The position numbers and the translations under genes are program-made. A model generated the notes under the pieces. That model searched no databases. It worked only from the letters and a program-made list of their open reading frames with translations, and had not been told where the DNA came from. This document shows positions 19,606 to 28,894 of a DNA stretch of 57,323 bases, one piece after another. The DNA is taken from NCBI GenBank assembly GCA_043799385.1, contig JAZDNV010000030.1, positions 1 to 57,323 on the forward strand. Reading direction: 5' to 3'. The DNA comes from Candidatus Aenigmatarchaeota archaeon. GTDB taxonomy: Archaea > Aenigmatarchaeota > Aenigmatarchaeia > GW2011-AR5. The first letter of the stretch is position 1. Each line of letters starts with the position of its first letter.

Positions 19606-20622
19606 ATGCTTCTTGATAAGTACGAGCCAAAAACGAGCAGGGAGATTGTTGGCAACGAATCTAAGATGAACGAGATCCGCGACTGGATGAAAATCGGTAA
19701 AGGCTCGTTGCTTGTCTATGGCCCTCCTGGATGCGGAAAAACGGTTGCTATCCGTCTTTTGGCAAAAGAGCTCGGCTACGAGATTATTGAAACGAACGCA
19801 AGCGATAACCGCGGCCTGAACGCGATGCGTAAGCTTATTGAATCGTCCAAGCAGAGCAACTTGTTTTTAAGGAAACGGTTGGTTATGATAGACGAGGCTG
19901 AATTGCTCGACTCGACGAAAGGCATAAACGAATTGATGAAAAGCGTTCCGACAATACTAATCGCATCTGACTACGATAGGCGCTTCACCTGCAGAAAGAT
20001 AAGGTTCGACAAGATACCTGCAAATAAGATAGCTCATTTCTTGCGAATCGTTTGCATGAAGGAAAACGTCGAGATGAGCGATTCGTCGCTCTACCAACTG
20101 GCGAGAATGAGCAACGGCGATTTGCGGGCGGCGCTGATTGACATGGAGTTCGGTTTCGGCTACCGCGAACGCGAGGAGAATATATTCGAAAAGCTTCGTA
20201 TGATTTTCAAGACTGATATGAAAAACGCCAGAGAATCGATTCGCGGCAGCGACCCAAAAGAATTATTTCCGTGGATAGAAGAGAGCATACCAGAAGAGTA
20301 CAGCAATATCGAGAACGTTGCTCTGGCATACGATCGCTTATCAAAAGCAGATTTGTTCCGCTCCAGGATAATGAAAAGGCAGGCATGGAACCTTGAGAAA
20401 TACATGTTCGATTTTATCTCTGGTATGCCAAAGTCTCGCGGCTTTGTATTGTATAAGTTGTCAAGCATAAGGAAAATCGACACCAATCCGCTGAGAGAGC
20501 GCATAGCCAAGGAATTGCACATTTCAAAAAAAGAGTCAATCCGATATTTCTATCTCATAAGAATGCTTGCAAAAAAGTGTGATTTAGGGCTCGATGATGT
20601 TACTGAATTATTAAATAGTTAG
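19606..20622 (+). CDS. rfcL: Replication factor C large subunit (short form)
   Basis: DKYEPK, GPPGCGKT, IETNASD.R, IDEAE, GDLRAAL, WIEE, LSKADLF. Confidence 0.85.
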   Translation: MLLDKYEPKTSREIVGNESKMNEIRDWMKIGKGSLLVYGPPGCGKTVAIRLLAKELGYEIIETNASDNRGLNAMRKLIESSKQSNLFLRKRLVMIDEAELLDSTKGINELMKSVPTILIASDYDRRFTCRKIRFDKIPANKIAHFLRIVCMKENVEMSDSSLYQLARMSNGDLRAALIDMEFGFGYREREENIFEKLRMIFKTDMKNARESIRGSDPKELFPWIEESIPEEYSNIENVALAYDRLSKADLFRSRIMKRQAWNLEKYMFDFISGMPKSRGFVLYKLSSIRKIDTNPLRERIAKELHISKKESIRYFYLIRMLAKKCDLGLDDVTELLNS

Positions 20623-21390
20623 ATTTGTGACATTTTTCGGGTCAACGTTCTCATACACTGTCGCCCGGTCGCTTGCAAGGAGTATGCCAAAAACTGCGGA
20701 CGGATAGTTTATTGTAACGTTGTCGACGTTGACGTGCCTGTTCGCGGCCTGAAGCTTTGCGCGGAACCTCAGCAAAAATCCGTTGGTAGTGTTAAGCGAA
20801 ATCGTTTCATTCAGCCAAACGTTCTCTGTCGTGTCGCCGACAAGGCATTTGTATTCGCTCCACGACCCGCTGTAGAAATCTAGGCAGAGGTAGTCGCTTG
20901 ATGTCAGCGTGTCCTCTATGAACCAAGAAAATTTCAGCGTTGCGTTTTTTATGTTAATTGGATTTGCCATGGTCAGCGACGAGTCAGTTATTGGCCCTTC
21001 TGCCTCGGCTGAATAGGAGCCGTGTATCGCCCGCCTTGACGAGTATGACCATCTAGAGCCAAAGTTCCATAATGAATTGACGACTTCAAAGCTATCGTAG
21101 AATGATGTCACGCAGCTAACGGTCCTATTAACGAACAGATAATAGCCGATGCCAGCCAACCGCTGTTTGCTGAAATGTATAAAACCGTCTAAATTCTTGC
21201 TGGCGTCATCGCAGCTTGATTCTTCCAGTAATCTGTTCAGGTTATTTTTTATGTTGGAGAAATAGTAATCCTCGTTCACCATCGCTATTTCTGACGTATC
21301 GACTTCATAATAACCACGCAGCAGAACAGATATGGCCAGCAGAAACCCTGAAATTATCACTGCTGAAATAAGAAACCACTGACCCTTCAT
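20611..21390 (-). CDS. Pilin-like surface protein with class III signal peptide
   Basis: MKG/QWFLISAV plus hydrophobic helix; beta-sandwich-like insert. Confidence 0.55.
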   Translation of the reverse strand: MKGQWFLISAVIISGFLLAISVLLRGYYEVDTSEIAMVNEDYYFSNIKNNLNRLLEESSCDDASKNLDGFIHFSKQRLAGIGYYLFVNRTVSCVTSFYDSFEVVNSLWNFGSRWSYSSRRAIHGSYSAEAEGPITDSSLTMANPINIKNATLKFSWFIEDTLTSSDYLCLDFYSGSWSEYKCLVGDTTENVWLNETISLNTTNGFLLRFRAKLQAANRHVNVDNVTINYPSAVFGILLASDRATVYENVDPKNVTNLTI

Positions 21391-21686
21391 ACAATCACTA
21401 CCTGGGCGTGCGGCGTCTTTGATACATATAATATGTTATCCTCCTCGACGAATTTTTTCTTCAGCATCATTCCGATGATCTCTTTTCCAACCGCGTTCAC
21501 TATTGTCGCGGATTTTATCAGCTGCGTTGCTTCGTCCTCATCGCAGAGTTTTTCAGAATAAAAGTTTTCATCTATTATCAGTTGCAGGCCGTTGTCATTA
21601 AATTTTTTGCCCACGATGGAAGAGTCTGATATTGCTAGGAGTAGTTCTCCGCCCTGCTTGAACAATCTGTAGGAGAATTTTTTCAT
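21387..21686 (-). CDS. DUF424 family protein
   Basis: LLAISD..IVGKKF, FY, ATIVNAVG, PHAQ. Confidence 0.85.
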   Translation of the reverse strand: MKKFSYRLFKQGGELLLAISDSSIVGKKFNDNGLQLIIDENFYSEKLCDEDEATQLIKSATIVNAVGKEIIGMMLKKKFVEEDNILYVSKTPHAQVVIV

Positions 21687-21867
21687 TTTCAAAACCTCAG
21701 ATGAATTTCATTCCCTTGGGTTTTGAAAAGTCATTGTCAGATGACATTTTCAAAACACCTTATAAACTTCATTTATGGTGGCTTTGAAAAGAAGTCCGTA
21801 AGACTTCATTTTCAAAACACCATATGCCGTATAACTGTTTTGAATTGATATGCCACAATGGCATCTC
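21684..21867. repeat. Tandem array of three ~61-nt double-hairpin units
   Basis: CATTTTCAAAAC at 21684, 21745 and 21807, each paired with a downstream (G)TTTTGAA and followed by a short variable hairpin. Confidence 0.8.
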
Positions 21868-21876
21868 ATATATAAT

Positions 21877-22278
21877 CTATATCGTTTTGAGGTATCTTTT
21901 CGCGCCGCATGCCTCGCACTTCAGCTGCAACAATCGGTCATCTTTCTGCATTATCGTGTCCGGTTTGCCGCACTCTTCGCATAAAACGAATTCCTTTACG
22001 TATTCGGCTATCCTCTGGTTTATTAAATTCGTTGAGACTTTGCCCTGCAGTATCAGCTCTTCGCCGCGTGTGCTGCCAGGCACGGCTAGTTCTTTAAATA
22101 AAAATTTTGCCAGATGCTTTGGCTCTCTTCTCAACGTCTTTGCAATCTCGGAGAAATTCCTTATGAAAGTCTGGCGGCCGGTGAAAACGTCTGCTAGCGG
22201 AATCTCGAATCTTTCCTTTTTCGTCAGGTCCGGCAGGTTCTGCTTCGCTCGCTCCAGCAATTTTTTGTATTCTTCCAT
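21877..22278 (-). CDS. eif2b: Translation initiation factor aIF2 beta subunit
   Basis: ERFEIP, TFIRNF, LRREPKHL, CEECGKPDT, CEACGA. Confidence 0.96.
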   Translation of the reverse strand: MEEYKKLLERAKQNLPDLTKKERFEIPLADVFTGRQTFIRNFSEIAKTLRREPKHLAKFLFKELAVPGSTRGEELILQGKVSTNLINQRIAEYVKEFVLCEECGKPDTIMQKDDRLLQLKCEACGAKRYLKTI

Positions 22279-22290
22279 TAACTCACCATA

Positions 22291-22674
22291 TTATTCACCG
22301 AATTTATAAAGCCCTACTCCGGATTTTTCCATATACTTCATCTTCGCGGATTTTATCGTGCCAGTCACGCCAAGTATCTTTATTATGACCTTCTTTTCGC
22401 TTATGATTTGTATTAGCGAAAGCGCCGCACGAACTTGCTCGACATAATCGTTGCCGCATTTTATAACGCCGCGCTGGTTCTCCTCGTCGTAAAGGCTCTT
22501 TATCAGCCAAGGCTTTGCCAGCGACACGTTCAATTCACCTAGGAAACTGAGCATGCTGTCCCAGTTTGCGTCCATGATGTCATCATAATTTATCTTTCCA
22601 TCCGATATCACTTCAAAGACTATGTATCTCTTTCCCGACCGCAGGACCGGTGGCAGCATCTTCGGTTCAGACAT
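22291..22674 (-). CDS. rnp2: RNase P protein Pop5/Rpp14
   Basis: LPPVLR..KRYIVFEV, LGVTGTIK. Confidence 0.92.
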   Translation of the reverse strand: MSEPKMLPPVLRSGKRYIVFEVISDGKINYDDIMDANWDSMLSFLGELNVSLAKPWLIKSLYDEENQRGVIKCGNDYVEQVRAALSLIQIISEKKVIIKILGVTGTIKSAKMKYMEKSGVGLYKFGE

Positions 22675-22686
22675 TTTATCACTTCG

Positions 22687-23379
22687 CTACTCAACTACGC
22701 TCACGCCCTCAAACCTTTTGCCGGCTAATTTCTCTCTATTCGCCTTAATCATCTCTTCTGGTATCGTTGACGTGGTTGTTATTGCATCGCCCAGCTCCAG
22801 ACCGAGTAAATGTGCAATCGACGCGAGTTCGCGACCAGTGCGCATTCCCCATTTACTGACTGCAGCGGAAGTCGTCACTAATTTCGCGCCGTAACCCTTA
22901 GCCAATTTAACGTTTCTCTGCATCGCTGAAAGTATATGCACTCGTCTCTTCTTGTAGGATTCAAGTATCTCGCGGAAGTTTATCTCTATCGCAACGTTAT
23001 TCTCCTTTGCAGCCTTCGTGCATATATGGTCAAGACCTGAATCTTTGCGCCCGAGCTCTGGATGGCATAGGATATCGATCAGCGGATTCTCGCACGCTGC
23101 GCGGTTTATGTCATAATCGCCTCCATGGACCATCAATATTTCCGCTTTATTTCTTGACTTCTTCGCGGTTCGCTCGAGCTCTTCAACGCTGTTCGGCTTC
23201 AATATGATGCACGATACTATGTCTATTCCGTCTATTTTCGTTAATTCTTCTGTCCTGTCATAATACCTAGCTATTCCTATTCCTGCAAGATTCAGTCGCT
23301 TCGCAAACTCTGCTACTTCTTCCACCGTATTCTCGCCTATAGAAAGGCTCGTGTGCACGTGCATGTCGTAGAATGGCAT
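22687..23379 (-). CDS. rnp3: RNase P protein Rpp30
   Basis: PHP-like DMHVH, NRAACEN..IDIL.HPE, AIEINF; adjacent to Pop5 and eL15. Confidence 0.92.
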   Translation of the reverse strand: MPFYDMHVHTSLSIGENTVEEVAEFAKRLNLAGIGIARYYDRTEELTKIDGIDIVSCIILKPNSVEELERTAKKSRNKAEILMVHGGDYDINRAACENPLIDILCHPELGRKDSGLDHICTKAAKENNVAIEINFREILESYKKRRVHILSAMQRNVKLAKGYGAKLVTTSAAVSKWGMRTGRELASIAHLLGLELGDAITTTSTIPEEMIKANREKLAGKRFEGVSVVE

Positions 23380-23460
23380 TGTATCACCAAATCTGCTATT
23401 AATAATATTATATAGAATTTAATCAGGAATCTTTAAAAATCAGGACTAACGCAAATGATT

Positions 23461-23916
23461 TTACCGTTCTCGTGATTTCTTTCCTGCAGACGTCAGGCCG
23501 CGATAAACGCGCCTTCTCTGACCGCATATCCAGTTTATCTTTTTGTCATTTGCGATGACCGGATGCGTAGGGTCGACAAGTATCACTTCAAAGAACTTGT
23601 TTTTGCCGTCCTCGCCGATGTAATAACTGTTCAAAACCTCGAGATTCGGGAATTTTCTCGATGCTCTTTTCTCTGCTATCGATTGCAGCGACTGCATTGG
23701 CGTGAAAAACCGGCCGGACTTGCTAGGCTTGCGCGCCTTTCTTATCATAGGCCTCTTGCGGCCACCCTTGCCTATCCTTGTCCTAACCATCACATAACCC
23801 TGTTTTGCCTTGTAGCCTAGACTCCTTGCTCTAGTGAGTCGACTGGGCTTGTCTACTTTTATGACTACAGGTTCTTTTCTCCATTTCTTTGCTTTTTCCT
23901 TGTAGAAGTCTTTCAT
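23461..23916 (-). CDS. rpl15e: 50S ribosomal protein L15e
   Basis: [34 protein letters not shown]; start reassigned to ATG 23916. Confidence 0.96.
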   Translation of the reverse strand: MKDFYKEKAKKWRKEPVVIKVDKPSRLTRARSLGYKAKQGYVMVRTRIGKGGRKRPMIRKARKPSKSGRFFTPMQSLQSIAEKRASRKFPNLEVLNSYYIGEDGKNKFFEVILVDPTHPVIANDKKINWICGQRRRVYRGLTSAGKKSRER

Positions 23917-24066
23917 AGAATTCCTCTTAATTTCATGTAAGTTTAAATATTTTAAAATCACCCCATAATGTGATTTTAATATCAAAATACCGCTGTATTT
24001 TAATACGTTAATCAACTCGATGGTTTAAATATTTAAGGAATGATATAAAAAAATAAAGGTGATGAA

Positions 24067-24300
24067 ATGAATTCAGCTGTCAAGATGATAATCGGATTGC
24101 TGATCTTCGTCGCAGGAATAGTGTGGTACGCGGCAGGACCGCTGAACCTAAAGGGACTTGAAACGCTTGGCAACGCCTTGTCCGCTTTGTGGACAGTTTT
24201 CCTCGGCGTGTTCGGCCTGTTCCTGATATTCCTCGGTCTGATAGTAGCATGGATCGAGTATGAAGATCTTAAGTGGGAAAAAAAAGAGAGGAAGAAGTGA
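24067..24300 (+). CDS. Small two-TM membrane protein
   Basis: GGTGA SD, two hydrophobic helices, T-rich tract after stop. Confidence 0.75.
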   Translation: MNSAVKMIIGLLIFVAGIVWYAAGPLNLKGLETLGNALSALWTVFLGVFGLFLIFLGLIVAWIEYEDLKWEKKERKK

Positions 24301-24351
24301 TTTTTTTCTTTTTACATCAATCTTAATATTTTTTGATGTCTTATTTCTAAT

Positions 24352-25500
24352 ATGTTCATAAGTACCAGAAAGAAGGCCGCATTTCCGAGCTTGAACATAA
24401 AAACGAAGATAGACCTCATAGGCGAAAGCTTCTTCGGACCGTCTTCTTCCATATTTGTCGGGCATTTCGGCTATCCTGACGTATTCGTAGGTCCGATGGC
24501 TTCCATAGAATACTCGTCTGAGCAAGATGATCCGAGCAAGTGGTTCGGAAAAAGTTATGATGAAATAATCCAATTGCGCTCATTGCTGCTGCGTTCGAAA
24601 TACAAGCAGAACATAAAATCCACAGAACGTTTCATCGGAGAAAATAGGGAAATCGTGCTGGCAAAAAAACCTACGGACGTGGAACTAACGTTTGTGAAAA
24701 AACCTTCTTACTCGATGACATTCTCGAATTTTGTAAACCCGGTCGGTCCTTCGGCGGCATTGAAAGAAATGAGGCTGGCTGAAAATCCTAAAATACCGAA
24801 TGCGGTAGAGAAAATAGTGAATGATGATATAAAGGCAGGAAATGCGGCGTGCCTGCTGTATAAGAAAGGCGAAGACGTCTACAGAATCACAAACATACTC
24901 TCATCCGGAGCGGTCGGCATGAATAAAAACAAGAAACTAGTGCCGACTCGCTGGTCAATCACAGCAGTAGACGACATGATAGCAAAGAATCTGATGGGCA
25001 GCATAAGATGTCATAAGTCCGTTAATGATTTTCTAGTTTTTTCAAGCGATTACATGGACAACCACTTCACAATACTTTTCACGCCAGGCTCTTGGCAGTT
25101 CGAGAACTTTGAAGCGTGGGCGCCAGGCAGCAACTGGTGCTTTTCATCGTCTGTAGAAATCTCTGAAGAATACGAACCTTTCTCAGGCCGCAGCGATTAT
25201 GCAGAAAGCCAGGTAGGCGGCTACTATGCGTCACGACTGGCAATTTGTGAAGCGCTAAACGCAATGAAGAGACAGGCAAGCGTTATCGCGATTCGCGAGA
25301 TAGGCGAAGATTATTCCATGCCTTTAGGCGTTTGGCAGGTTCGCGAGAACGTAAGAAACGCATTTAGAAAAAGACCAGAGAGCTTTTCAAGAAAGGATGA
25401 CGCGCTAAAATACGTGTCCAGCAGGCTCAGATTGCCATTCAGGGAATACATAAAAAGAAGCAAAATACTACAGCAAAAGAGATTGGGCGATTTCTTTTAA
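24352..25500 (+). CDS. nreA: Nre family DNA repair protein
   Basis: SIFVG..GYP.V.VGP, LVPTRWSITAVD, GGYYASRL, PLGVWQVRE, C-terminal PIP box QKRLGDFF. Confidence 0.92.
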   Translation: MFISTRKKAAFPSLNIKTKIDLIGESFFGPSSSIFVGHFGYPDVFVGPMASIEYSSEQDDPSKWFGKSYDEIIQLRSLLLRSKYKQNIKSTERFIGENREIVLAKKPTDVELTFVKKPSYSMTFSNFVNPVGPSAALKEMRLAENPKIPNAVEKIVNDDIKAGNAACLLYKKGEDVYRITNILSSGAVGMNKNKKLVPTRWSITAVDDMIAKNLMGSIRCHKSVNDFLVFSSDYMDNHFTILFTPGSWQFENFEAWAPGSNWCFSSSVEISEEYEPFSGRSDYAESQVGGYYASRLAICEALNAMKRQASVIAIREIGEDYSMPLGVWQVRENVRNAFRKRPESFSRKDDALKYVSSRLRLPFREYIKRSKILQQKRLGDFF

Positions 25501-25533
25501 AATGTTCTGCCTAATTAATTAAAAGGTGATGAA

Positions 25534-25794
25534 ATGGCATTCGATAGGACAAGAAGCGGGGATGTAAAATTCGAGACAATAAAAAGCGAGGAGATAAAAT
25601 TCAAGGAAAATAACTTCATCGAGATAGCCAGGAAAAAGGCTACCGGTCCGAACGGCGAGACTATATTCATATCCATCAGCCGCGGGTTCGTGACGTTCAA
25701 CGGCGAAAAGAAATACAAAACATCCGTCACAATACCTGTAGACGCTGTAGAAGTAGTAGACTTCATCACGGCCAAGCTCAAGGATATGCTATGA
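25534..25794 (+). CDS. Conserved archaeal hypothetical protein, possible PC4/PUR-like ssDNA-binding fold
   Basis: SD GGTGA; beta-strand run followed by C-terminal helix. Confidence 0.6.
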   Translation: MAFDRTRSGDVKFETIKSEEIKFKENNFIEIARKKATGPNGETIFISISRGFVTFNGEKKYKTSVTIPVDAVEVVDFITAKLKDML

Positions 25795-26213
25795 AGCTGC
25801 ACGATGCAATCGCACTTGCTGATGATAAGGTCAGCAAGAAAGCAGATGGCTATTTCTTGGTTTCGTGCTTTGCGGCCGTCAGGAACGACAAAATAAACGA
25901 ATGGGTCCTGCATTTCTTCAACCCGAAAACGAATAAAACGGTCGATTGCTTTGTCGGCAAAGATGCGGAAATCGGTGAAGTGTCCGATGCGATAAAGGAG
26001 ATGAAAAAGCTTGAAATCGCAAATGTGAAGATATCGGCCGAGCAGGCGCTTAGCAGAGTAGATAAGACCGGCCAGATTTTTATGATTCTGCACAATTGTG
26101 TATGGACAATAAACGTGATAGAAACGGACATGTCTGTGACCAACTACGAGATAGACGCAAATAGCGGAAAGGTAATCAAGAAAGATTCATCAAATCTTGT
26201 AAAGATTTTATAG
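25791..26213 (+). CDS. Hypothetical protein (PepSY-like C-terminus)
   Basis: ISAEQAL...YEIDANSGKVI. Confidence 0.6.
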   Translation: MKLHDAIALADDKVSKKADGYFLVSCFAAVRNDKINEWVLHFFNPKTNKTVDCFVGKDAEIGEVSDAIKEMKKLEIANVKISAEQALSRVDKTGQIFMILHNCVWTINVIETDMSVTNYEIDANSGKVIKKDSSNLVKIL

Positions 26214-26222
26214 GGCGGTTTC

Positions 26223-26672
26223 ATGTTCTTTCCGAAGGTATACAAATCCTGGAACAACATACAAAAGAAAAAATACAGCGAGATTTTCAAAAAAATCGTG
26301 CTGTCAGGTCTGGTTCTAGACCTCGGTTGCGGGCCGTCGCGTCTGGAAAAGTTCATCAGCGGAAAAATGATAAGGTTGGATGTAGACAAAGCCTGCAAAC
26401 CTGATATTATCGCGAGCGGAGATGAATTGCCGTTCAAGAACGATTCATTCGATGCAGTCATATCAATAGACACCATGCACCTTGTAAAGGGAAGCGATTT
26501 TAAGAGAGTACTGAAACCGCGCGGCCTGGCATTATTTTCGTTATTCTTCAACAAGCAGAATTATGACGATAGGAAAGCAATGCTAATCAAGAAGCTCGAA
26601 AGCTTTGATATAGCAAATGAATTCACAATAGAAGGCAAAGAAAACGAGTACGTCGTTCTTGCAAAGAAATGA
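26223..26672 (+). CDS. Class I SAM-dependent methyltransferase
   Basis: VLDLGCG, LPFKNDSFDAV, RVLKP. Confidence 0.88.
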   Translation: MFFPKVYKSWNNIQKKKYSEIFKKIVLSGLVLDLGCGPSRLEKFISGKMIRLDVDKACKPDIIASGDELPFKNDSFDAVISIDTMHLVKGSDFKRVLKPRGLALFSLFFNKQNYDDRKAMLIKKLESFDIANEFTIEGKENEYVVLAKK

Positions 26673-28328
26673 TCACATCTTCTCCAGCGCCCTGATACCG
26701 AGAAGATTCAAACCGTTCTTGAGGATTATCGATACCGCATCGACCAGAGCCAGTAATTCTTCCTCCCTATCAGAACCTATAACCTTACGGTGCTGATAGA
26801 ATTCGTTGAATGCTGTAGCCAGCTCGAACAGATAGTTTGCAAGGTAGTTCGGCTTCATATCCTCTGCGGATTTTTTTATGACATCCGAGAACATGGAAAG
26901 TTTTTTTACTATCGCCATCTCTTTGTCATATGCGCCTACACGGTACTTTTTTCTGCTCTTCCTCAGAATCGACCGCGCACGAGCATAAGTATATTGCAGA
27001 TAAGGGCCTGAATCGCCTTCGAAGTTGAGCACGTCAGACCAGTCGAAAAGAATCGTTTTGTTGTTGTCCCTGCTAAGCATGGAGTATTTTATCGCAGATA
27101 GCGCAATGTCCTTTGCTACATTTGCTTTGCCAACTTTTCTCTTCCTTATCTCCTTCTCTGCTTTTGCTGTGCCATCATCCCTAAGGTCGTCGTATAAGAC
27201 GACAGAGCCTTCGCGCGAGGACATTTTTCCGCTCTTAAGCATCACGAGTTCGTAGGCAAGGTGATGGCTCTTTTCCGCCCAGTTCTTGTTAATCATTTCA
27301 AATGTTTTGAATAATTGCTGAAAATAAAGTTTTTGCTCTGAGCCTACGACGTGTACGCATCTATCAGGCTTTTCCTTGAACTCCAATTCTGCTAAGCCTA
27401 AATCCTTCGTCGAGTAGAGCGGGTCCTCGTTGCTCTTTAGTATTATGAACACGCCAAGATCGTAGCCGCGCAAATCCACAATCATCGCTCCCTCGCTCAT
27501 CATCGCTATCTTCTTCCTGAGCAGGCTTTTTGCAATTTTCATCCCGCGCTCGAAGACCTTGCTCTCGAAGTATAGTTTATCGAATTTCACGCCGAAATCT
27601 TTGTACACGTTACCGAAGTAATCCAAACTCCACTGCCTTGTTTTTTTCCACAGTTTCATCAGTTTTTTGCTGCTCTTGTAGAGGTCGCTGCTAATTTTAT
27701 TGACCTCTTCCTCCAGTTTTTTGCTGCCTTCTATCCTCTTATTGGCTTTTGCATAAACGATGCCAAGCCAGACGCCGTTACTCATATTTTTCGGCTTTTT
27801 TAATTTCAGGTTCTGCAGACCCCATAAGCATTTTGCCACATGCATTCCGATATCGCCCTGATAATTCGCTCGGATGACCGTATAGCCGTTGTGCTCCATT
27901 ATTCTTGACAGCGATTCGCCAATGCATATGTTTCTAACATGGCCAACGTGAAACGCTTTGTGCGTGTTCGCATGGCAGAATTCGATCATGACCTTTCCTT
28001 TCTTATCGCCTTTGCAGTAACGTTCTTTATCGTTAAGTATCTGCTTTATGACGAATCTTCCCAGTTTATTCCAGTCAGCGTAGAAATTTATGTAAGGTCC
28101 GGACGCCTCGACGCGTTTTATCAGCTCGCTGAACATTATCTCGCCGGTTATCGGCTTCACGATTTCTTTTGCTATCTCCACAGGATTTTTCTGCATTTTC
28201 TTTGCCAGGGAAAAACACGGAAAAGCAAGATCGGCGCCAATCTCTTTTGGCGGTATCTCCAATACGCTTTCGCCAACTGCATTTTTTACTGTCTTCTCAC
28301 ACTCTTCCCGGAATTTCTGGAAACTCAT
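26673..28328 (-). CDS. argS: Arginine--tRNA ligase
   Basis: GPYINF, HVGH, KMSSREG, GDSGPYLQY. Confidence 0.97.
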   Translation of the reverse strand: MSFQKFREECEKTVKNAVGESVLEIPPKEIGADLAFPCFSLAKKMQKNPVEIAKEIVKPITGEIMFSELIKRVEASGPYINFYADWNKLGRFVIKQILNDKERYCKGDKKGKVMIEFCHANTHKAFHVGHVRNICIGESLSRIMEHNGYTVIRANYQGDIGMHVAKCLWGLQNLKLKKPKNMSNGVWLGIVYAKANKRIEGSKKLEEEVNKISSDLYKSSKKLMKLWKKTRQWSLDYFGNVYKDFGVKFDKLYFESKVFERGMKIAKSLLRKKIAMMSEGAMIVDLRGYDLGVFIILKSNEDPLYSTKDLGLAELEFKEKPDRCVHVVGSEQKLYFQQLFKTFEMINKNWAEKSHHLAYELVMLKSGKMSSREGSVVLYDDLRDDGTAKAEKEIRKRKVGKANVAKDIALSAIKYSMLSRDNNKTILFDWSDVLNFEGDSGPYLQYTYARARSILRKSRKKYRVGAYDKEMAIVKKLSMFSDVIKKSAEDMKPNYLANYLFELATAFNEFYQHRKVIGSDREEELLALVDAVSIILKNGLNLLGIRALEKM

Positions 28329-28369
28329 AATTACCGATTATCACCTTTTGTTTTTCAAGGATATAAAAA

Positions 28370-28894
28370 CTAGTTTTTCGTTTTGAGTAATTTATAGACA
28401 GGAATATACCCGGCACCTATGTCATAGAGCAGCAATACAAGCCATATCTCCCATTCACCCGTACAAACGCTCACCAAAAGGGCTGTTATCTCCAGAAACG
28501 GTCGGTGGCTCAGAATTTCATAAAATAGTTTCTTCTTTTTTTCGAACCTGTCGCTCACTATCTCATCGGCAATGCCAGCAAGGACAAATGATAGGAACAA
28601 GATAACGTCAATTGAGCCGAAACTAAAGAAATATGTTGCTATAAAAAATGTAATTATGCCCAGCATATGCCCGTAATAATCTATCTTTCTGCAGATTACC
28701 AGACCTACTATCACGGCAAGAGCCAAAGACATTGTTACTGGTATCTCTTTTGCTATGAATGCTATCAGAAATCCATAAACAATTGCGGATGATACGACAA
28801 CGGGTTTCGGTATTCTGGTTTTTCTGTCATAATAATCGTCGACGATTCTTGTAAAAAAACCTACAATAATCGAAAGAAAAATTACAGGATTCAT
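28370..28894 (-). CDS. Hypothetical membrane protein
   Basis: Multi-TM, KID..GH and DE motifs; overlaps upstream stop. Confidence 0.7.
   Translation of the reverse strand: MNPVIFLSIIVGFFTRIVDDYYDRKTRIPKPVVVSSAIVYGFLIAFIAKEIPVTMSLALAVIVGLVICRKIDYYGHMLGIITFFIATYFFSFGSIDVILFLSFVLAGIADEIVSDRFEKKKKLFYEILSHRPFLEITALLVSVCTGEWEIWLVLLLYDIGAGYIPVYKLLKTKN

Noticed and set aside
21684..21867. CRISPR array interpretation
   Set aside because: Constant parts are only 11-12 nt and inverted, variable interiors share residual similarity, and no cas genes are present
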